Below are positions 1 to 5,982 of a stretch of DNA of 12,367 bases, in pieces (positions within the stretch are counted from its first letter, which is position 1; the number at the start of each line of letters is the position of its first letter). The DNA is from Bdellovibrionota bacterium. GTDB lineage: Bacteria; Bdellovibrionota_C; UBA2361; JBGSMV01. The stretch lies in contig JBIKWF010000120.1 in assembly GCA_044356455.1 (NCBI GenBank), positions 1-12,367 on the forward strand, in the 5' to 3' direction. The notes beneath the pieces are model-generated. The model was not told where the DNA came from and did no database searches. It was given only the letters and a program-made list of their open reading frames with translations. The position numbers and the translations under genes were made by a program.

Positions 1-273
1 CTCAACGCGAGTAGAGAGTTTGTACTCGCGGTCTATTCCAAAGGGCAGCTTGAAGTTTAGCCCTGGCTGACCTGTTCCCACATATCGGCCAAACCGCGTC
101 ACTACGGCACGCTCGTCCGGTTGCACTTGGTAGAATGTCGTGGAAACACCCACGGCTACCGCGACCGCCAGAGCCGTAAGCATAAGTGCTTTCGGCTTGC
201 TGAGAATGGTCGAAATAATTTCTTCGATGTTAATCTGAGGGATTTCTGGTTGAGGTTGTTTGTTCCAATTCAT
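1..273 (-). CDS. hflK: FtsH protease modulator HflK (SPFH/band 7), 5' part; runs off the window start
   Basis: Not in the ORF track. Manual translation from ATG at 273 gives MNWNKQPQPEIPQINIEEIISTILSKPKALMLTALAVAVAVGVSTTFYQVQPDERAVVTRFGRYVGTGQPGLNFKLPFGIDREYKLSTRVE. A single TM helix is followed by the typical HflK 'FYxVxxxExAVVxRFG...PGLxFKLPFGID' segment. Confidence 0.88.
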   Translation of the reverse strand, partial: MNWNKQPQPEIPQINIEEIISTILSKPKALMLTALAVAVAVGVSTTFYQVQPDERAVVTRFGRYVGTGQPGLNFKLPFGIDREYKLSTRVE

Positions 274-280
274 GCAGTGG

Positions 281-310
281 AACTTAGCAGATAGATTTTT
301 ACTAATTCAA
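281..310 (-). promoter_or_regulatory. Putative sigma70 promoter of hflK
   Basis: Minus strand reads TTGAAT (310-305), an 18 nt spacer ending in TGC, then TAAGTT (286-281), i.e. an extended -10 in an AT-rich context. The ATG lies 7 nt downstream with no SD. Confidence 0.45.
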
Positions 311-373
311 TTAGATTTCACATAGATAATTGCTATCGTGGAATAAGGTCCTGTAAGTATCTCTGGAGACCCG

Positions 374-396
374 CGTCTGCAGGGCTTACGCAGACG
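374..396. repeat. Short perfect inverted repeat (hairpin)
   Basis: CGTCTGC (374-380), loop AGGGCTTAC, GCAGACG (390-396). No U-tract. Confidence 0.4.
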
Positions 397-405
397 ACAC
401 GTGAG

Positions 406-523
406 GAGACCTCCGAAAAGTCCACTCTAAGAACCCTGTGGTTGATTTAACTTTTTCAAAAACCACAGAGGGCACAGAGATCACAGAGAGAAAAATAAAA
501 TATCGAGGTTCTTCAGAGGTTCC
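406..523. mobile_element. Putative MITE / non-autonomous element with imperfect terminal inverted repeats
   Basis: Left end GAGACCTCCGAAAAGT versus right end reverse complement GGAACCTCTGAAGAAC: 10/16 identical, and all differences are transitions. The right end is followed by TTAG. Internal inverted repeats are AAGAACC/GGTTCTT and CTGTGGTT/AACCACAG. No transposase in the window. Confidence 0.4.
464..488 (+). repeat. Tandem CACAGAG repeat, 3 copies, period 9
   Basis: CACAGAG-gg-CACAGAG-at-CACAGAG at 464, 473 and 482. Confidence 0.85.
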
Positions 524-532
524 TTAGATACC

Positions 533-877
533 TCAAAAAGCGGCGAGCTTCTGGCATTGTCCTTTTTGACAGCTCACGCGCGTTGCCTTTGCGGGAGGAC
601 AGTCAGGACAAACCATCATGCAGTTCTTTTGATACGTGGTCACCTCAGAGAACGCCGCTTGCACCTGCGCCTTATGAAGTGGGGTATTGCAGTCGAAGGG
701 GCAAGAGAGCGTGACTATCGTACAGTCACTATCAACCTCGCACTGCCCGTAGCGCTCAAGAGAACTTGCCACTTGCTGAGCAATCTCAGTGCAGCGGGTG
801 GCGTGTGAGAAAAGAACATATTTGATGGTCACTACGAAAGCGAGAACGACAATAGTCCAACCAATGACCTTCTTCAT
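533..877 (-). CDS. Small membrane-anchored/exported Cys-rich hypothetical protein (114 aa, 10 Cys)
   Basis: The preferred start is ATG 877 (MKKVIGWTIVVLAFVVTIKYVLF: basic N-terminus plus hydrophobic helix, GGA upstream) rather than GTG 970. Motifs include CEVDSDC, CPFDC, CMMVCPDC and CQKGQC. Confidence 0.75.
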   Translation of the reverse strand: MKKVIGWTIVVLAFVVTIKYVLFSHATRCTEIAQQVASSLERYGQCEVDSDCTIVTLSCPFDCNTPLHKAQVQAAFSEVTTYQKNCMMVCPDCPPAKATRVSCQKGQCQKLAAF

Positions 878-902
878 GGCATCCATTCCAAACGGCGAGA
901 AG

Positions 903-1003
903 TGTGTCCCATAGAAACATAATTTGCATTCTGGACACAATCCATAGGTAGGCTGTCCCGTTGCCACCACAACATGTCGTGGTAGAAACTTCCTACGGGA
1001 CAG
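903..1003 (-). other. Two tandem intergenic stem-loops
   Basis: TGTGTCC (903-909)/GGACACA (933-939). CTGTCCCGT (953-961)/ACGGGACAG (995-1003) encloses the near-palindrome ACCACAACATGTCGTGGT (966-983). Confidence 0.6.
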
Positions 1004-1012
1004 ACTTCTAGC

Positions 1013-1648
1013 CTACTGAAATCCGAGCCTACTTGCTGAATCGATAAATACGGCCCGAATGCGCTCAAAGAGCGCCGGCTCGGCAAACTCGACTCTCTCC
1101 TTCTTATAATCCTTTGCTGCGACTGAAAGCACACGAGCAGTCTCCTGCGCCGCCTCCGAAATCGCCGCAAAAACTTTCGGGGACTTTAGAAAACTAAACT
1201 GCTTTACGTCCGTCGAGCGTCGCTCAAGGTCAAAGGTAATTTTATCCAGGACACCAAGTAGGTCGCAATGATCGGTGGGATCGAGGACCCGCATCGAAGT
1301 GGCAATAATGCTCACCGCGGAGGCCCGAAATGCGGTGGAGAGCAGATCTTCGGTAAGAGTGTCCGGCGCGGCGCCACCGTCGCCAAGCAGAAGACACATG
1401 TCGTACCGAGCAATGATTGGCTGTAGCGCGCTGCCCAAAGAACTCTTTACACGGCTCATCGCCTGGGCTGATCTGAGGGTCACGCCACCCGACTAAAGCT
1501 TTCCAGCTATGCATCTTAGAACATGCGGCACTGCCTGGTCGCGCAGCGCAGCTGAGCCGCCATCTTCCAACACCACTCTCTTAACAGAATCAGCAGTAAC
1601 CACCGCACCTACAAGTGGACGACGATTCTCAGCTTCGTACTTGGACAT
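1013..1648 (-). pseudogene. Hypothetical protein gene (211 codons) interrupted by one in-frame TAG at codon 52; pseudogene, read-through or sequence error
   Basis: ATG at 1648 has a strong SD (GGGGAGAGG-CTCT-ATG) and reads MSKYEAENRRPLVGAVVTADSVKRVVLEDGGSAALRDQAVPHVLRCIAGKL, then TAG (1495-1493), then SGG and continues in frame into track ORF 1013..1483. Confidence 0.6.
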
Positions 1649-1765
1649 AGAGCCTCTCCCCAATCGGCAACGTCCGATAGTATCAGCTCCCTATTCTTAT
1701 GCATTCCTCGGCCACCAAATTGCAGAGGGCCTACGCAACCTCTCCAAATTATTGAAGACTCTCCA

Positions 1766-2053
1766 TCAACTCTTCTCTAGTACTAAAACCAAGAAGGCAT
1801 TCCTCTCGACGTATTCGGCTCCTAGCTTGCCGGTGCTTGCAAGATTGTGTGCCTCTCTCTCATTTTCATTCGCAAAGTGAGAACGAACGGCCTCCTTAAT
1901 GACGAAACCCGCTTCTTTCGCTGCCCGCTCATATTCGCTTTCATGATGATAGCGATTAGGAACCGCCTGCGCCGGAATGCGTCTCCAAATAGGCGCCAGA
2001 ATGAACAAACAGGCACTCCGCTTAAGGGCAAACCAAAAGATTACTTTCAGCAT
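1766..2053 (-). pseudogene. Short ORF resembling the C-terminal part of a class I SAM-dependent methyltransferase (remnant)
   Basis: 'YHHESEYERAAKEAGFVIKEAV...AFLVLVLEKS' resembles the terminal helix/AGF/last beta-strand pattern of class I methyltransferases. There is no GxGxG SAM motif, no SD, and the first ~30 aa do not look protein-like. Confidence 0.4.
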
Positions 2054-2112
2054 TCGGTCATTAAATGAATGCAGCGTAGCGGAACTTCACCGGCATCACG
2101 ACACTCGCGTCA

Positions 2113-3144
2113 TTACACTGGTCTCGGATTTCTGTCCTGAAAGAAAGCCTGATGCCAAGTCGGATAAGGCTGCGGCAGCTCGCTCGCCTTGCTAAGTTTC
2201 TCAAGCTGCGGCTGCGTGAGCTTCCAACCAACCGCGCCTAAATTATCCTTCAATTGAGCTTCATTTCGCGCACCAATGACCAGGGTGCTTACGCTTGGTC
2301 TCTGGAGCAACCAGTTCAGTGCGATTTGCGGAACAGATTTTCCCGTTTCCTCAGCGACCTCAAAAAGTGCATCGACGACTTTGTAAAGATGCTCCTCGGG
2401 AACCTGGGGGCCGTTATCAACAGTAACCTTATGAGTAAGGCGCGAGCCGGCAACAGGGGCCTGGCCACGGCGAATTTTTCCCGTAAGACGCCCCCAGCCA
2501 AGGGGACTCCACACTACCGTACCGACCCCCTGGTCCAGCGCGAGCGGCATAAGATCCCATTCGAAATCTCGCCCTACGAGCGAATAGTAAGCCTGATGGG
2601 CTACGTACCTTGCATAGCCATAGCGATCGGAAGTCGCGAGAGACTTCATGATGTGCCAGCTCGAAAAGTTTGAGCAGCCCACGTAAAGAATCTTTCCTTG
2701 GCGCACAAGATCATTCAGAGCGCTAAGAGTTTCTTCAACAGGCGTAAGCGCATCAAAACCATGCAACTGATAGAGGTCAATATAATCTGTCCCGAGCCGT
2801 TTGAGACTTGAGTCAACTGCCTTGGTGATATGAAATCGGGACGACCCAACGTCATTCGGTCCGACTCCGCTTGCGAAGGTTCCCTTGGTCGAAATCAGCA
2901 CCTGGTTTCTTCTTCCTTTGATGGCATGACCTAGAATTTCTTCTGCCAAGCCCGAGGAATAAATGTCGGCTGAGTCGAACATGGTGAGCCCGGCTTCAAG
3001 ACAAAGGTCTACCATGCGCGTTGCCTCTTTGGCGTCGCTCGAACCAAATCCTTTAAAGAGATCTCCACTTCCTCCGAACGTCCCCGTACCCAAGGTAAGA
3101 GCGGGAACGCGAAGTCCTGAATTGCCAAGTTGACGATATTCCAT
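2113..3144 (-). CDS. Aldo/keto reductase (NADP(H)-dependent, YajO/Tas-like)
   Basis: MEYRQLGNSGLRVPALTLGT start; catalytic tetrad in FDSADIY, ISTK and LYQLHG; also YVGCSNF, WSPLGWGRLTGK and VIGARNEAQLKDNL. SD AAAGGA. Confidence 0.96.
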   Translation of the reverse strand: MEYRQLGNSGLRVPALTLGTGTFGGSGDLFKGFGSSDAKEATRMVDLCLEAGLTMFDSADIYSSGLAEEILGHAIKGRRNQVLISTKGTFASGVGPNDVGSSRFHITKAVDSSLKRLGTDYIDLYQLHGFDALTPVEETLSALNDLVRQGKILYVGCSNFSSWHIMKSLATSDRYGYARYVAHQAYYSLVGRDFEWDLMPLALDQGVGTVVWSPLGWGRLTGKIRRGQAPVAGSRLTHKVTVDNGPQVPEEHLYKVVDALFEVAEETGKSVPQIALNWLLQRPSVSTLVIGARNEAQLKDNLGAVGWKLTQPQLEKLSKASELPQPYPTWHQAFFQDRNPRPV

Positions 3145-3374
3145 GAGAGATTTCCTTTCGACCTTAGAGAACAGTATTGAGACTCGCTAGCTTACCCTTA
3201 GAAGAGCACTTTTGGGGAATTCGCCTACAAAGTCGGCACAAACATTTTTGAGGATCAGACAATTTACTAACCATTTCAGAAGCTTGAAGGACTTTGAGCT
3301 GCGGCGGCGTGCTGGGGATCTCACTTTTCTCTTCATGCGGGGGGGTATTCAAGGCCAAAACACGCGGTGCTCAG

Positions 3375-3402
3375 TTGAATAGCTGGACATCCCTCGTAGA
3401 AT
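3375..3402 (+). promoter_or_regulatory. Putative sigma70 promoter of the glycosyltransferase
   Basis: TTGAAT (3375-3380), 16 nt, TAGAAT (3397-3402); ATG 9 nt downstream. Confidence 0.45.
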
Positions 3403-3411
3403 AGCGGAGCC

Positions 3412-4695
3412 ATGCTAAACACTACCGAGCCTCATCGCCTGGAGCAACTAAGCGCTCCTCTTCCCCTTGAGTCTCTTGGATACATGGTGCTCTCAACTTT
3501 GGAAGCTCCGCTCAGCTGGCCGGGTGCTGACACTCGCTCCACCGATGCTTACCGCAGAAATCCGGCACACCTCTGGGAGCAGAGCACAGGGCTCTCTCCC
3601 GCGGACTCCCACTTCACTCTTATTGTTCCCGTGCACAACGAAGGCCGAGGTCTTAAGACTTTTTTGGGGACTCTTCTTCACTCGTACCTCCCACGGGATC
3701 TGAGTCTGCAAGTAGTCTTCATTGCCAACGCTTGCACTGACTCAAGCGTTTCCGAGCTTAGAAGGTTCTTCGACCAGCTCGAGGCCAAGCAAAAAGACTC
3801 GCCCCTTAACAAGGGCGCCTCACCCTACCCTCCCATAGGAGAGGAAATACGCCGCCGCGATCATGGCATCTCAGCGCATCCGCGAGAGTTAGTACGCGGC
3901 AACGGGCGTTTCATATTGATAGAGACGTCAACTCCCGGAAAAGCGCACGCGTTATCCCTAGGGAATGAAATCGCGTGCCTGACTCCTGGCTGCACGGTTG
4001 CGATAGGTCTTGATTCGGACTGCTGCCCTCATCCTGAGGCGCTCATGAAAATCTTCGCAGAGATGCACCGCGCCCAGAGAGAGTGCCCTGAACGCCCCCC
4101 TGTCTTTAGTGCACTTGGCTCATTTGAGTGGGATTTTGCACGGGACAAGCCCTACGCTGAAAGGCTGGTGGACCCACAGCGCCGCACGCATCTTCATTTC
4201 AACAAAGATACGCCTCATGTGCTCGGTTGCCTCGCTGCGTGGAGCCCTCAGTGGCTTGAGGCGCAAGGTGGGTTTCCCACCTGCGTTATGGAGGACTATG
4301 CCCTAGGAATCCTTGCCGAGCTTAAGGGAGGGGGCCGGCGGCGCAGCGAAGCTCAAGTTTGGGCATATGGACCCACCTCACGCGCTGACCACTGGAGAAC
4401 CATCCGTCGCTACGTACAAGGTACTTTTCAGTTACTCTCGATGTTTCATGCGGAGTTTCATGCGGCCCCTGAGCTACGAAAAAAAGTTCTGTCTGAGCAA
4501 GACTGGCTGGTTTCTCCTAAAGCACTTGCAAAAAATAATTTTGAGGAGTTCTCAAGGAGTCCGTCAGCTCAAGGCGCCGTAAGGGCGGTCTACCGTACAG
4601 CCCGGGCGCTACTTACCGTCGCCCAAGGTTGGTGGGATAATCTTCGTAGCCCCCACCAGCAAACCTGGCAAGCAACGCGCTCCACGAAGCTCTAA
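3412..4695 (+). CDS. Glycosyltransferase family 2 (GT-A fold)
   Basis: Motifs LIVPVHNE, FIANACTDSS, GKAHAL, DxD (LDSDC), catalytic-base ED (MEDYALG), and a degenerate QxxRW-like TIRRYVQG. Confidence 0.85.
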   Translation: MLNTTEPHRLEQLSAPLPLESLGYMVLSTLEAPLSWPGADTRSTDAYRRNPAHLWEQSTGLSPADSHFTLIVPVHNEGRGLKTFLGTLLHSYLPRDLSLQVVFIANACTDSSVSELRRFFDQLEAKQKDSPLNKGASPYPPIGEEIRRRDHGISAHPRELVRGNGRFILIETSTPGKAHALSLGNEIACLTPGCTVAIGLDSDCCPHPEALMKIFAEMHRAQRECPERPPVFSALGSFEWDFARDKPYAERLVDPQRRTHLHFNKDTPHVLGCLAAWSPQWLEAQGGFPTCVMEDYALGILAELKGGGRRRSEAQVWAYGPTSRADHWRTIRRYVQGTFQLLSMFHAEFHAAPELRKKVLSEQDWLVSPKALAKNNFEEFSRSPSAQGAVRAVYRTARALLTVAQGWWDNLRSPHQQTWQATRSTKL

Positions 4696-4769
4696 CTCCT
4701 ATCCCACCTGTCTTACACAGGCATCCTGCAGCTCCGGTGCTATCCCAAAAAGCGCAGGACTCGACCAAA

Positions 4770-5519
4770 CTAAGGCACCCCCTGGACTGCACAGCTCACC
4801 TGATTTTCATACGCATCCCACAACCACGTTAGATAAGTACTCGAACCGCCTGACACCGCATTCTCAAGACATAGGTCCGCCACACCTCCTGACAGTTCCC
4901 ACGGTCCCTGCACCAATGGTCCCTGGCAACTGAAACTGAAGGCTAGGTCGATGGCCTCAGCACATACAGAGCAGGCCAAGGTATCAATTGCATTTTTGAG
5001 ACCAGGTGAGATCACTCGACGAAGGATACGCAGCGGATCTTCTATTCCTGGCGGAGGCGCAGGAAAGCCCGGGGGAAGCGAAGGAAGAACATCTACTTCT
5101 CCCAAGCAAATAAGAAGCGACTGGAGATAAGCAAGATTACAAGGAGTCCCATCTAAACAAGCGAGGGAAGTGCCCCCGTTATGTCCCTCTCGAGCATCAG
5201 GGTCCTCTTGGGAAGGGTTCTCTGATGTTCCTCCCGGAGACTCTTCGTGCGCATCCTCACCTTGGGGGCACCCTTGACACATAGGGAACGGCGGCACGGG
5301 ACAATCGATACCACTGCACCAGCACTCAGGAGCGCACATTCCACCCTCTTCGCCACGCGAGCCTCCGCTCCCAGAAGATCCGCCATCAACACCGCCCCCA
5401 CCAAACTGCGCCAACGCAGGTGGGCCCTGAATGAGAAACAATTGAAGAAGGCACCAAGCAAGTACACGAATAGCCTTAGGCCGAAATAGCCGCCAATCAA
5501 ACCGCATAACAACCACCAC
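4770..5519 (-). CDS. Secreted Cys-rich hypothetical protein
   Basis: Signal-peptide-like N-terminus ending ALA|Q (the start may be the internal ATG of MRFDW). Then a Gly/Ser linker, a 6-Cys mini-domain, an acidic linker and an 8-Cys C-terminal domain with a Pro-rich insert. Confidence 0.72.
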   Translation of the reverse strand: MVVVMRFDWRLFRPKAIRVLAWCLLQLFLIQGPPALAQFGGGGVDGGSSGSGGSRGEEGGMCAPECWCSGIDCPVPPFPMCQGCPQGEDAHEESPGGTSENPSQEDPDAREGHNGGTSLACLDGTPCNLAYLQSLLICLGEVDVLPSLPPGFPAPPPGIEDPLRILRRVISPGLKNAIDTLACSVCAEAIDLAFSFSCQGPLVQGPWELSGGVADLCLENAVSGGSSTYLTWLWDAYENQVSCAVQGVP

Positions 5520-5625
5520 AAAAAACCTGAGGATTGCCAGCTATGCGTGACAGTTCAGACTGCCTGCAGCGGACAAGCCCGTTTAACAACCAAAAGCTCA
5601 GCTTGCTGAGCTATAAGGATCTTAT

Positions 5626-5641
5626 TGCAACGCTCATGCTA
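5626..5641 (-). promoter_or_regulatory. Sigma54 (-24/-12)-like promoter for the Cys-rich gene
   Basis: Minus strand TAGCATG-AGCG-TTGCA versus consensus TGGCACG-N4-TTGCW. Spacing is correct, but the normally invariant GG is AG. Confidence 0.4.
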
Positions 5642-5689
5642 GATGTGATTTAAACACATATAAAAAAGCGCTGGGAAATTTATTCTGAA

Positions 5690-5702
5690 AATCAAGTAGT
5701 TA
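5690..5702 (+). promoter_or_regulatory. IHF binding site consensus
   Basis: AATCAAGTAGTTA matches WATCAANNNNTTR exactly, with an AT-rich 5' flank, about 50 nt upstream of the sigma54-like element. Confidence 0.5.
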
Positions 5703-5717
5703 TGCTTCCACTCGCCC

Positions 5718-5961
5718 GTAGATTGCCGCCATCTGCCTTTAGGAGAGTATTCCCTAAAAACGGATCTCTGCGTTCTGAACCTAACCTGTAGTCAACGCAT
5801 GGATCCTTTTTGTCAGCTGCGAACAAGGCGAGTAATTTGAAGTCACTCGCAGTTTGACACTCTACCGTTGCGAGCGGAGAGGCGCGGGCTGGGGAAGCCC
5901 TATCGCGCTTCCAGAAAAAGCAGCGCTTCTGAGTAGCATGCCACAGTCACCCACCTCCGCT
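5718..5961. other. Hairpin-dense intergenic segment (candidate structured RNA and/or terminator)
   Basis: Five consecutive stems: 5718-5736, 5738-5758, 5762-5806 (13 positions with one G-U and one mismatch, followed by TTTTT and preceded by AAAAAC), 5811-5859, and a branched 5873-5961. Confidence 0.35.
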
Positions 5962-5982
5962 ACCAATGCACGAATCTCTAAA

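Noticed and set aside
464..488. CRISPR array
   Set aside because: The repeats are 7 nt with 2-nt gaps; there are no spacers and no cas genes.
878..970. N-terminal extension of ORF 533..970 from GTG
   Set aside because: It overlaps the stem-loops and displaces the signal/anchor sequence; ATG 877 is the better start.
3164..3358. 64-aa minus-strand ORF upstream of the AKR
   Set aside because: TTG start, no SD, no recognisable motif; it lies in a divergent promoter region.
4707..4721. Intrinsic terminator between the convergent GT2 and Cys-rich genes
   Set aside because: Only a 5-bp stem (CCTGT/ACAGG) and no U-tract on either strand.
5718..5961. Cobalamin or TPP riboswitch near a TonB-receptor-like gene
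   Set aside because: Only fragments (GGGAAG, GCCACAG, TGAACCT) are present, in the wrong order or context, and the region is at the 3' end of the receptor gene rather than in its leader.
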